Positions 10,735 to 19,489 of a stretch of DNA of 64,000 bases are shown piece by piece. A model generated the notes under the pieces. That model had not been told where the DNA came from. It saw only the letters and a list, made by a program, of their open reading frames with translations, and made no database searches. Positions within the stretch are counted from its first letter, which is position 1; each line of letters opens with the position of its first letter. The translations under genes were made by a program, and so were the position numbers. Origin of the DNA: an uncultured delta proteobacterium (GTDB lineage Bacteria > Desulfobacterota > RBG-13-43-22); the NCBI GenBank assembly GCA_963843145.1, contig CAWJJC010000021.1, positions 96,001 to 160,000 of the forward strand, in the 5' to 3' direction.

Positions 10735-11343
10735 ATGAAGCGCCTGAAAAGTTTATCGGGGTTCCTTTGGGTGGCAGTCCTGTTTTCGCTGGGAGCGGCC
10801 GGGCCGGTTTTCAGCCGCTCCGAGGCCTTTAAGGAAAATATTTATCCGGTGGGCCAACTCAAGCCCACGGACAGTAAACTCAAGGTCAAAGTGGGAGAAA
10901 AGGCCCCGGATTTCACTCTTCCCTCCGTAGGGGGGGAGAAGGTTTCCCTGCACCAGTATCTCGGGAAAAAAAACGTGGTCCTGTCGTTTGTTCCGGCTGC
11001 CTGGACCCCGGTCTGCTCGGATCAATGGCCCGGGTATAATATCACCCAGGGGCTCTTTGAAGAGCATAACGCGATCCTGCTGGGGATTACGGTGGACAAT
11101 ATCCCCACGCTCTTTTCCTGGACCAACCAAATGGGCCGGCTCTGGTTTCCGGTGCTCTCCGATTTTTTCCCCCACGGGGCGGTAGCCGCCCGGTACGGTA
11201 TTCTTCGAACGGACGGCATGGCGGAGCGGGCCCTCTTCGTGATTGATAAGAAGGGGATCATTCGCTATATCGACGTTCACGACATCAACCAGCGTCCTCC
11301 TCTCGAAGCTCTGATGGGGGAATTGGGAAAGCTGGAAAAATGA
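10735..11343 (+). CDS. Exported peroxiredoxin (AhpC/AhpE-like)
   Basis: Signal peptide; PxxxTxxC motif (PAAWTPVC), ERALFVIDKKG; the TGA stop is supplied by the MITE end. Confidence 0.88.
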   Translation: MKRLKSLSGFLWVAVLFSLGAAGPVFSRSEAFKENIYPVGQLKPTDSKLKVKVGEKAPDFTLPSVGGEKVSLHQYLGKKNVVLSFVPAAWTPVCSDQWPGYNITQGLFEEHNAILLGITVDNIPTLFSWTNQMGRLWFPVLSDFFPHGAVAARYGILRTDGMAERALFVIDKKGIIRYIDVHDINQRPPLEALMGELGKLEK

Positions 11344-11493
11344 TGGACTCGAAAAAGTCCATCGACAGCCCGAGCGCGATTAAGCGCCGGGCTGGGGTGA
11401 GGGTGGCCATTTGAATTCACTTCAAATGGCGGGGAGGGGGAACCCTTCCCCGCCGAGCAGAAAGTCGTTTTTTGACTTTTTGCGAGGTTATCA
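11341..11493. mobile_element. MITE family A, copy 1 (153 bp, TSD AAAA)
   Basis: Imperfect TIRs TGATGGACTCGAAAAAGTC / GACTTTTTGCGAGGTTATCA; AAAA on both sides; internal sequence shared with 21538-21693. Confidence 0.85.
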
Positions 11494-11500
11494 AAAATAG

Positions 11501-12169
11501 ATGGTTTTTAAGGGCCGGATTAAAGCCCTCCTGGATTTGGAAGACTATGACGGGCTGCTGGAGTTGTCCGACGTCCATGGGGGGAAAGTGAGCAAAAGCC
11601 TAATCAGCCTGACCGCTGACCTGGATCTAGATCGACGTTGGCGGGCCATCCGGGCCCTGGGGCTGGTAACCTCCCGGATATATGATCGAGATCCGGAAAA
11701 GGCCCGGCAGGTTGTTCGTCAATTGATCTGGAACCTGAACGAGGAATCCGGCGGGATCGGCTGGGGGATGCCGGAGGCTTTCGGAGAGATTCTGGCCCGG
11801 CAGGAGGATTTGGCTCGAGAATATGCCTGTCTTCTGGCCTGTTATCTGGTAGAGGACAAATCCTTTCTGGAAACGGAAGGACTGCAAACCGGAGTGATCT
11901 GGGCCCTGGGGCGGGTAAAGACCTTCCCTCAAGAAATGAAGGATCGGATTATCGAAAAGCTGAAGGGGTTCCTGGGGCAGCCGAATGCCGACCTGAAAGG
12001 TCTGGCCGCTTGGAGTTTAGGGGAACTGGACGGCCGGGAAGCCTTTCCCGACCTGGATGCCTTGCCATCGGATGGTCGAATGATTAAAATAAAAAGAGGT
12101 GAAAATTTGGTCAGTATGGCAATCAACGATTTGGTCGAAGAGGCTAAAATTAAATTAAGTAAACTTTGA
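11501..12169 (+). CDS. DVU0298-type HEAT-repeat protein
   Basis: RQLIWNLNEESGGIGWGMPEAFGEI motif; helical repeats. Confidence 0.75.
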   Translation: MVFKGRIKALLDLEDYDGLLELSDVHGGKVSKSLISLTADLDLDRRWRAIRALGLVTSRIYDRDPEKARQVVRQLIWNLNEESGGIGWGMPEAFGEILARQEDLAREYACLLACYLVEDKSFLETEGLQTGVIWALGRVKTFPQEMKDRIIEKLKGFLGQPNADLKGLAAWSLGELDGREAFPDLDALPSDGRMIKIKRGENLVSMAINDLVEEAKIKLSKL

Positions 12170-12188
12170 TGGAAAGGAGGTGGACAAC

Positions 12189-12353
12189 GTGAACGATTGG
12201 AAATGCAGCAAATGCGGATATACTCTGAAGGCCGATGCGCCGCCGGAAAAATGTCCGGCCTGTAAAGAAACCTGCGAATTTGTCAATGTGACCTGTTATA
12301 TTCCAGAATGTGGTTTTACCGGTTCGGATAATCGTCTGAAGGGAGAATCCTAA
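12189..12353 (+). CDS. Small rubredoxin-like Cys-rich protein (54 aa, absent from ORF track)
   Basis: Hand translation MNDWKCSKCGYTLKADAPPEKCPACKETCEFVNVTCYIPECGFTGSDNRLKGES*; RBS AAGGAGG; TAATG coupling to the next gene. Confidence 0.88.
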   Translation: MNDWKCSKCGYTLKADAPPEKCPACKETCEFVNVTCYIPECGFTGSDNRLKGES

Positions 12354-12544
12354 TGTCCAAGAAGAAATATAGGGTTCGGGCGGAGTGTCCGGCCTGCGCC
12401 TGTGGCGACGTGTCCTTTTTAGGTCCTGAAAAGTTGAGGGAAAAATTCATCGGCGATGAAAAAGAGATCGATATCCTTTGTCCCCTGTGCGGCACCAAGC
12501 ACCGAGGACGGGTGGTGGCCGAAGAGGAAGTGCCCGGTCAATGA
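12353..12544 (+). CDS. Small Cys-rich zinc-ribbon-like protein
   Basis: CPACAC and CPLCG motifs; translationally coupled on both sides. Confidence 0.8.
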   Translation: MSKKKYRVRAECPACACGDVSFLGPEKLREKFIGDEKEIDILCPLCGTKHRGRVVAEEEVPGQ

Positions 12545-13131
12545 CGGTTCTGGGGATCTATGGCAGTCCCCGCCAGGGGGGCAACAGTGACCAGCTCTTG
12601 GATCAAGCCCTGGAAGGGGCGCGGTCGGCTGGGGCGACCATTGAAAAGGTCTACGCCCGAGATCTGAAGATGTCGGGTTGTCTGGAGTGCGGCGGGTGCA
12701 CGCCGACAGGCGTTTGTGTGGTCCAGGATGAGATGGCCCGGGTATATCCCTTACTGGAGGAGGCGCGGGTTACTATTCTTTCCTCCCCCATATTTTTTTA
12801 CGGGGTCACTGCTCAGTTGAAGGCCCTGGTGGATCGCGTTCAGGCCATGTGGTCCAAACGGCTCTTGGAAAAAAAGACGCCGGAGGAGCGTAAACGGTAT
12901 GATCACGGGAAGGGCTATCTGATCGCCGTAGGGGCCACCAAGGGCAAGACCCTCTTTGACGGGTCGCAGATGATGGCCAAGTATTTTTTTGACGCCTTGG
13001 ATATGACCTATGAAGGCGGCCTGTTTTATAAGGGCATCGAATACAAGGGGAACATCAAGGATAACCCGGAGGCCCTCCGGGAAGCATATGACTTGGGGGT
13101 GAAAGCCGTCCAAGGGGAGCCCGGACTTTAA
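12541..13131 (+). CDS. Iron-sulfur flavoprotein (flavodoxin-like fold)
   Basis: GSPRQGGNS, CxxCxxC....C (CLECGGCTPTGVC), SPIFF, LKALVDR; ATGA overlap. Confidence 0.9.
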   Translation: MTVLGIYGSPRQGGNSDQLLDQALEGARSAGATIEKVYARDLKMSGCLECGGCTPTGVCVVQDEMARVYPLLEEARVTILSSPIFFYGVTAQLKALVDRVQAMWSKRLLEKKTPEERKRYDHGKGYLIAVGATKGKTLFDGSQMMAKYFFDALDMTYEGGLFYKGIEYKGNIKDNPEALREAYDLGVKAVQGEPGL

Positions 13132-13134
13132 TAA

Positions 13135-13269
13135 TGATGACCTCGCAAAAAGTCGTCACCCCGGTGAAAACCGGGGTCCAGTGAATTGATAACTACTTGA
13201 ATCTCCTGGATTCCGACTTTCGTCGGAATGACGTAAACGGTCTCTCGGTGATTTTTTGCCAGACCACCA
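13135..13269. mobile_element. MITE family A, copy 2 (135 bp, TSD ATAA) carrying a REP-like double hairpin
   Basis: TIRs TGATGACCTCGCAAAAAGTC / GATTTTTTGCCAGACCACCA; ATAA at 13131-13134 and 13270-13273; REP at 13155-13232. Confidence 0.82.
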
Positions 13270-13311
13270 ATAAATCAATAATCAGACGAAACCAATCTGG
13301 AGGAGGAGCAA

Positions 13312-13497
13312 ATGACCACACCCATGCATTGCCCGGGATTTGAAGGTATGAAACATCTGAAAGCCTTTTCCTGCAAATGTCCCAACTGCGGCAAGGAAAA
13401 CGAGATTTTTTCAGACGAGTTTGAAAAGAAGCATGTCTGCAAAGGCTGCCACCAGGAGATCGATTTCACCAAGTGTACCCTGGAGGCCGGGGTCTAA
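13312..13497 (+). CDS. Small Cys-rich protein (61 aa)
   Basis: RBS GGAGGAGG; HCPG, CKCPNCG, EIFSDE, CKGCH motifs. Confidence 0.82.
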   Translation: MTTPMHCPGFEGMKHLKAFSCKCPNCGKENEIFSDEFEKKHVCKGCHQEIDFTKCTLEAGV

Positions 13498-13568
13498 ATT
13501 TTTCCACCGCTAATGCCTGGTCTTTTGACCAAGGGTGGAGATTTACAGCCCAGATTGAAGGAATGGTG

Positions 13569-13700
13569 CAAATTCGAAATTCGAAGCACGAAATCCGAAA
13601 CAAACACCAAGATCCAAAATTTAAATGATCAAAACAAAAACGTTTTGGAATTTGACCATTTGAATTTGTTTCGGGTTTCGGATTTCGTGCTTCGAATTTG
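13569..13700. repeat. Heptamer-repeat palindromic element, copy 2
   Basis: CAAATTCG-AAATTCG-AAGCACG-AAATCCG-AAACAA ... TTGTTTCGGGTTTCGGATTTCGTGCTTCGAATTTG. Confidence 0.85.
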
Positions 13701-13715
13701 TTGTGGAGGTGGGGG

Positions 13716-15773
13716 ATGGACAATCACTTAATTAACGAGAAAAGCCCCTACCTCCTCCAGCATGCCCATAATCCGGTAAACTGGTATCCCTGGGGTGAAG
13801 AGGCCTTCGCCCGGGCCAGGGAAGAGCGGAAGCCGGTCTTCCTCTCTATCGGCTACGCCACCTGCCACTGGTGCCATGTCATGGCCCACGAATCCTTTGA
13901 AGACGAAGAGGTTGCCCGGCTGATCAACCTTCATTTTGTAGCGGTGAAGGTGGACCGGGAAGAGCGCCCCGATATCGACCAAATCTATATGTCCGTTTGC
14001 CAGGCCCTGACCGGCCGTGGCGGCTGGCCCTTGTCCCTGTTTCTGACTCCGGAAAGAAAACCTTTTTTCGCCGGGACCTATTTTCCCAAGACCAGCCGGC
14101 TGGGGATGTCGGGTTTCACGGAGCTGTTGACCCAGATCGCCGCCCTCTGGGAAAAAGACCGGGACCGGATTCTGAAAGCCGGCGAAGAAATTACCCAATC
14201 CCTTCAGTCCCGGGTGTCAACGGCTGGAACGGGCTCGGTTCCGGACCTGAAGACTCTGGAAACCGGCTATGACCAGTTAGCTAAAAGTTTTGACTCCCGC
14301 TGGGGAGGGTTTGGAGAAGCCCCCAAATTTCCCACCCCCCATCATTTGACCTTCCTGATTCGCTGGGACCGACGCCGCCCCGATTCCCGGGCCAGGGAAA
14401 TCGTTACCAAGACCCTGGAGGCCATGCGTGGCGGGGGGATTTTTGATCAGGTGGGCTTAGGGTTTCATCGCTACTCGGTGGATGCCCAGTGGCTGGTCCC
14501 GCATTTTGAAAAAATGCTTTATGATCAGGCCCTGCTGGCCATGGCCTATACCGAAGCCTATCAGGCCTGGCGGGACCCGGACCACGCGCAGGTGGTCAGG
14601 GAAATCTTTACCTATGTTCTCCGGGACATGACCTCCCCGGAGGGCGGATTTTTTTCGGCGGAGGATGCCGACAGCGAGGGGCGGGAGGGTTTGTTCTATG
14701 TCTGGAAGCCGGAGGAAGTCAAAAAAATATTAGGTCCGGATTTGGGCGACTTTTTTTGCCGCTGTTACGATATCCAGCCCGGCGGTAATTTTGAGGAAGG
14801 GGAGAGCATTCCCCATCTCCCGCTGTCTCCGATTCAGGCGGCGGACCGGGAAAAAATCCCCCTGGAAGAGTTGACCCGGAAGCTGGAAGCGGCCCGGCAG
14901 ATCCTTTTTGAACTCCGGGAGCAGCGGATCCATCCCCTGAAAGACGATAAGGTCCTCACCGCCTGGAACGGCCTGATGATCGCCGCCTTGGCCAAGGCGG
15001 CCCAGGCCCTGAATGAGCCGGCCTTTGCCCGGGCCGCGGCCCGTTCGGCGACCTTTATCCTGGAAAGGATGCGGGACCCCTCCGGTCGGCTCTACCGGCG
15101 TTTCCGGGAGGGCCACCTGGCCAATCCGGGGTACCTGGAAGATTACGTCTATTTCGTCTGGGGGTTGATCGAACTCTACGAAGCCACTTTTGACCTGAAC
15201 TTTCTGCAAGAGGCGGTCAATTTGAACCGGATGGCCGTTGATCTGTTCTGGGATGAGGATCAGGGCGGGTTTTTCTTTACGGCCAAAGACGGCGAACCCC
15301 TGATCTCCCGGGAAAAGGAGATTTACGACGGGGCCGTTCCCTCCGGAAACTCCGTCGGCCTGCTCAACCTCTTGCGACTCGGCAAGATAACCGGAGCTTC
15401 GGAGTGGTCTGAAAAAGCGGACCAATTGTTGCGAAGCTTTTCCGCTACCATTTCGGGCTACCCCATGGCCTATACCCAGGTTTTAAATGCCCTGGACTGG
15501 GTGGTGGGACCCAGCCAGGAGATCGTTATCTCCGGGGACCCCGATCATCCGGTTTCCCGGGAGATGGTTCGTCTGGTCCGGGAGGCCTTTCTGCCCAACA
15601 AGGTCCTGCTTTATAAATCCACGGGACCGGAAGGGGAGGCGCTGAGCCGGGTGGCCCCTTTCGTGGGTCCCATGGTTCCGGCGGCCGATAAACCGACAGC
15701 CTACGTCTGCGAACAATATGCCTGCCGGAAACCGGTCCAGACGGCGGAAGACCTCCGAAAGTCTTTGTTTTGA
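13716..15773 (+). CDS. Thioredoxin domain-containing protein (YyaL/DUF255 family)
   Basis: [41 protein letters not shown] motifs. Confidence 0.95.
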   Translation: MDNHLINEKSPYLLQHAHNPVNWYPWGEEAFARAREERKPVFLSIGYATCHWCHVMAHESFEDEEVARLINLHFVAVKVDREERPDIDQIYMSVCQALTGRGGWPLSLFLTPERKPFFAGTYFPKTSRLGMSGFTELLTQIAALWEKDRDRILKAGEEITQSLQSRVSTAGTGSVPDLKTLETGYDQLAKSFDSRWGGFGEAPKFPTPHHLTFLIRWDRRRPDSRAREIVTKTLEAMRGGGIFDQVGLGFHRYSVDAQWLVPHFEKMLYDQALLAMAYTEAYQAWRDPDHAQVVREIFTYVLRDMTSPEGGFFSAEDADSEGREGLFYVWKPEEVKKILGPDLGDFFCRCYDIQPGGNFEEGESIPHLPLSPIQAADREKIPLEELTRKLEAARQILFELREQRIHPLKDDKVLTAWNGLMIAALAKAAQALNEPAFARAAARSATFILERMRDPSGRLYRRFREGHLANPGYLEDYVYFVWGLIELYEATFDLNFLQEAVNLNRMAVDLFWDEDQGGFFFTAKDGEPLISREKEIYDGAVPSGNSVGLLNLLRLGKITGASEWSEKADQLLRSFSATISGYPMAYTQVLNALDWVVGPSQEIVISGDPDHPVSREMVRLVREAFLPNKVLLYKSTGPEGEALSRVAPFVGPMVPAADKPTAYVCEQYACRKPVQTAEDLRKSLF

Positions 15774-15787
15774 TCAGTTAATTTTTC

Positions 15788-15869
15788 GTCAGCCCCGAAG
15801 TCCTTTATCGGGGATCCATCGTTCTTAAGAAAAGCCTGGATTCCCGCTCAGAAGCGCCGCGGGAATGAC
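15788..15869. repeat. REP-like double hairpin (GTC...CTGGATTCC...GAATGAC family)
   Basis: Same end motifs as 13155-13232, 30838-30944 and 50486-50573. Confidence 0.65.
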
Positions 15870-15952
15870 GCTTTATGATCTTGTTGTTATTTTGAGGCCA
15901 TTTACTAATATGTAAGCACCTATGTTGCCTGGTTTTATTTTTCAAACCCTCC

Positions 15953-16745
15953 ATGAAAATTAATCTGGAAATGATTCGGCTGGTCTTCTTTTGGGGAGGC
16001 TTGGTGCTGTACGGGCTGATCGAGTGGCGGATCCCCTACCGCCCCAACACCGTCTCCAAGCCCCGACGCTGGCTGGACAATGTGGGCTTGTCGGTTACCA
16101 ACGGCATCATCCTCTATCTTCTTTTTTTCTCCCTCATCGTCCAAACCGCGGCTTATGTCAGCGAACGGCAGTTGGGGATTCTGAACCTGGTTTCGATGCC
16201 GGCCTGGCTGCGGATCGTCCTCACCGTGGCGGTCCTGGATTTCATGCTTTATATCTGGCATTTCCTGAACCACGAAATGCCCTTTCTTCTGGCGCTTTCA
16301 CCGGGTCCATCACAGCGATTTGAACCTGGATGTCTCCTCGGCCCTGCGTTTTCATCTGGGCGAACTGAGCCTGTCGGCCGTCATCAAGATTTCCCTGATC
16401 TACTTCCTGGGGGCCGATATACGGGGGGTGGTGATTTTTGAAATTCTGGTAGTACTCACCTCTCAATTCCAGCACAGCAACATCCGCCTGCCGGCCTGGT
16501 TTGAAAAACTCTGGCTGGTTTTGTTTGTGCCGCCTTCCATGCACCGTATCCACCACTCGGTGGTGATCAAAGAGCGGAACACCAATTACGGGACCATTGT
16601 TTCCCTGTGGGATAAAATGCTGGGCACCTTTTTGTATAACCTGGACCAAACCCGGATCAAGATCGGCGTGGGGGCCTACCCGAGAGCTGAAAAGGTGCGG
16701 TTTCCCCATTTGCTGGTTATGCCCTTTACCAAAGCGATTCGTTGA
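15953..16745 (+). pseudogene. Sterol desaturase/fatty-acid hydroxylase family, frameshifted near 16285
   Basis: YIWHFLNHEMPF in one frame; WRFHRVHHSD...FQHSN...HRIHH...NYG in the next; one extra base in CCCTTTCTTCTGG. Confidence 0.8.
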
Positions 16746-16958
16746 AGGAGAAAGGGGATGGCGTCCAGCCTCTTAGACCCTGCGTGATAGAATGGCCCCG
16801 TCGCTTTTTCGCGTATGAGGGAGAGCCAGGAACAAGATTTATTGAATGGTCTTATCAGAACCATCCCTCAAGGCACCCCAATTTTTCTTTTGACAATCCT
16901 TAAACTTACTGATATTCCTACAAAATAAATCGATAAATTTTGGTTTCGCCTTTGGCGG

Positions 16959-17048
16959 TGCCAACCAGGCCATTAGACCCGGTGTCACTGGCTTGCATGG
17001 GCCTTCGTCCCGGCAACCTGCGTGTCACGGGTCAACGCCGCATTAGGT
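16959..17048 (+). other. attC-like site preceding the C-N hydrolase gene
   Basis: TGCCAAC...CGGGTCAACGCCGC-ATTAGGT; homologous to the site at 30668-30757. Confidence 0.65.
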
Positions 17049-17061
17049 GAAAGGAGTCCCC

Positions 17062-18159
17062 ATGAAGAACATGATGATTTTGGTATGCATCACATGTTTG
17101 TTTGTATTGTCGGCGGTCTCCGCAGACTCCTGCACGGTGTTCCGACTTAAAGCCAATGACGGATCGATCATGGTCGGACGCTCCATGGAGTTTGCTGTGG
17201 ATCTGAAATACGACGCTATCGTGGTTCCGCGCAATAAGGCTTATGTAAGCTTCGCCCCTGACGGAAAAGAAGGCTTATCCTGGAAAATACGCTATGGCTA
17301 CGTCGGGATTGCATCTTTCGGGATGGAGTTTGGCTTGTCTGACGGGATGAATGAAAATGGACTTGCAGTCGGGCTGCTTTGGTTCGAATCCGACATGAAA
17401 TGGCAGGATGTTGCTGCCGGTGAGATGAAACAAGCCCTCGCCCAGGGTATGGTGGGCGATTGGATTCTGGGCAACTTTGCAACCGTCGAAGATGTAAAGC
17501 GGGAAATCAGGAACGTGAAGGTATTCAATTACACAGATCCTAAAACAAAAATGTCCCCGACCGTCCATTTTATCGTTTATGACGCAAAGGGCGGTTGCAT
17601 CGTGATCGAATATGAAGATGGGAAATGTAACATCTATGACAATCCTCTCGGCATCATGACGAATGCTCCCAGATTCCCCTGGCAATTGACCAACTTGCGC
17701 CAGTATGTCGGCATGACGAGCGAAAAACCGGAGCCCTACCAGATGTCCGGTTTGACGTTTCCGGCGACTGGCCATGGGTCGGGAATGTTCGGCCTTCCCG
17801 GCGACCTTACCCCGCCGAGCAGATTTGTTCGCCTCGCCGTTTTGACCAGGTTCTCCGATATGCAGCCGGACGCCGAAAGAACGCTTAATCTTGCCCAGCA
17901 CATTATCAATACGTTTGATATCCCCTTCGGTATGGTCACCGATACAATGCCGGATAAAAAGATCATTCTTAAGGAATCAACACAATGGGTCACGTTTCGG
18001 GATCTCACCAAACGTATTGTATACTTCAAAACGTACGACAACCAGAATCTTCGGAAAATCGACTTGAAGAAGATTGATTTCTCGGATGGGAAAATAAAGC
18101 GGATTCCCATGTTCGAGGCCTCTGAGATCATCGTGGATATGACTGATCGCGCACGTTGA
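17062..18159 (+). CDS. Choloylglycine hydrolase/penicillin V acylase family Ntn hydrolase, exported
   Basis: Signal peptide followed by nucleophile Cys (SADS|CT); GRSMEF, DGMNENGL, MTNAP, GLPGDLTPPSRFVR. Confidence 0.92.
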   Translation: MKNMMILVCITCLFVLSAVSADSCTVFRLKANDGSIMVGRSMEFAVDLKYDAIVVPRNKAYVSFAPDGKEGLSWKIRYGYVGIASFGMEFGLSDGMNENGLAVGLLWFESDMKWQDVAAGEMKQALAQGMVGDWILGNFATVEDVKREIRNVKVFNYTDPKTKMSPTVHFIVYDAKGGCIVIEYEDGKCNIYDNPLGIMTNAPRFPWQLTNLRQYVGMTSEKPEPYQMSGLTFPATGHGSGMFGLPGDLTPPSRFVRLAVLTRFSDMQPDAERTLNLAQHIINTFDIPFGMVTDTMPDKKIILKESTQWVTFRDLTKRIVYFKTYDNQNLRKIDLKKIDFSDGKIKRIPMFEASEIIVDMTDRAR

Positions 18160-18366
18160 GTTGACCAGATGAGCGAAGGAGGAGGCAGATAGCGTGTTAA
18201 TCTGGATACATGGGGCACTGTCCTATAAAATAAAATGCGTCCTCTGAAGGAGGGTCGGACCTAAACGAACCAGTTGAAATTCATCGAATTTTAATGATTC
18301 AGGTGCCTATTTAAGGCCATAAAAAGCGCTTTTTGACATCAAAAAGAAGCTTAAAAGCAGGTAACC

Positions 18367-18417
18367 ATGCCCAGAGCCAATCGCTATTTCCTCCCGATCT
18401 GGCCCACCTTTAAATGA
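18367..18417 (+). pseudogene. N-terminal remnant of a REP-associated tyrosine transposase-like gene
   Basis: MPRANRYFLPIW* resembles recalled Y1/RAYT N-termini; GGGTCGGACCTAA motif upstream near 18250. Confidence 0.4.
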
Positions 18418-18595
18418 ACATGTTGAGTTGGCACGTAAGCGGCTAGAAGAGATTGGAGGCGACGTATGAGTGAACCTATGGGAGAAGTTTAGCCTTGAAA
18501 TGTTGATAATTCTGGCGACAAAGGCTGGAATGCATGTGATTCTTAAGACAGCGGCGTAGCTGTCCGCCAATTGTTAATTTTTCTCGAGGAAAGTC

Positions 18596-19432
18596 ATGTT
18601 CTGGAAACAATTGTTTTCGCCGGTTAAGGCCATCGAACCCCAGGAGGCTAAGGCCCTCATGGCCGGGTGGCCGGAGGGAACTTATACCCTGCTCGATGTC
18701 CGCCAGCCCGGCGAGTATGAAAAAGAGCATCTTCCCGGGGCCAAACTGGTCCCCCTAGCCCAACTTTCCGACTCTACAAAGGACCTGGACCCCCGGAACC
18801 CCGTCATCGTCTACTGAGCGGTAGGCGGAAGGAGCCGCGTGGCGGCTCAATTCTTGTCGGGACAAGGGTTCGGGGAAGTCTATAACCTCAAGGGGGGCAT
18901 CAAGGCCTGGCAAGGGGTGAAGGCCTTCGGGCCGGTGGAATTGAACTTGGATTTGATTCGTGGCGATGAGAGCCCGCTGGAGATCATTTCCCTGGCCTAC
19001 GGGATGGAAGAGGCCTTGCGCCGGTTTTATGTTTTTTTTAAAGACCGCACCTCCGACGGAGAACTTCAAAAACTCTTAATCCTTTTGGCCTCGGTGGAGG
19101 AAAAACATAAGGAAATTTTGCAGGCCTTGTACCTGGACCTCCCCGATGCCTCCCCGGATTCAAAACCATTGGAGGAGAGGACCCAGGACGAAGTGCTGGA
19201 AGGAGGTTTTCGATTTACGGATTTTATCCGGGAAAATGAACCGCTGTTGAAAAACCCCGCTGCTGTGCTGGAGACCGCCCTGATGCTGGAGACCCAGGCC
19301 CTGGACCTTTACCTGCGATTTGCGGCCAAGGTGGGGGAGGGGGGTACGAAAAACATCCTTTTCCGCCTGGGGGACGAGGAAAAGGCCCACCTGGCCTCCC
19401 TGGGCCGGTTGCTGGATGAAACGTTAACGTGA
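18596..19432 (+). CDS. Selenocysteine-containing rhodanese fused to a ferritin-like domain (278 aa, Sec74)
   Basis: ORFs 18596-18817 and 18839-19432 are in frame; read-through gives PVIVY-U-AVGGRS, with TGA at the rhodanese active-site Cys position; C-terminal EEKH and EEKAH di-iron motifs. Confidence 0.92.
18832..18848 (+). promoter_or_regulatory. Candidate bacterial SECIS hairpin
   Basis: GAGCCGC-GTG-GCGGCTC perfect stem; loop starts with G, 21 nt after the UGA. Confidence 0.78.
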
Positions 19433-19462
19433 AAATCACCTGCACTTTTTGCTTGACATATA

Positions 19463-19479
19463 TGTTTAGATGGTATACA
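19463..19479. promoter_or_regulatory. Putative MarR operator 1 (TGTTTA-N5-TATACA)
   Basis: Dyad just upstream of marR, after TTGACA at 19453; inverted twin at 19965-19981. Confidence 0.6.
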
Positions 19480-19489
19480 CATATCTTCC

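Noticed and set aside
11341-12544. TGA ends of the peroxiredoxin and the 63-aa Cys protein as selenocysteine codons
   Set aside because: The first is the MITE terminus after a complete protein; the second is an ATGA overlap; neither is at a catalytic Cys position
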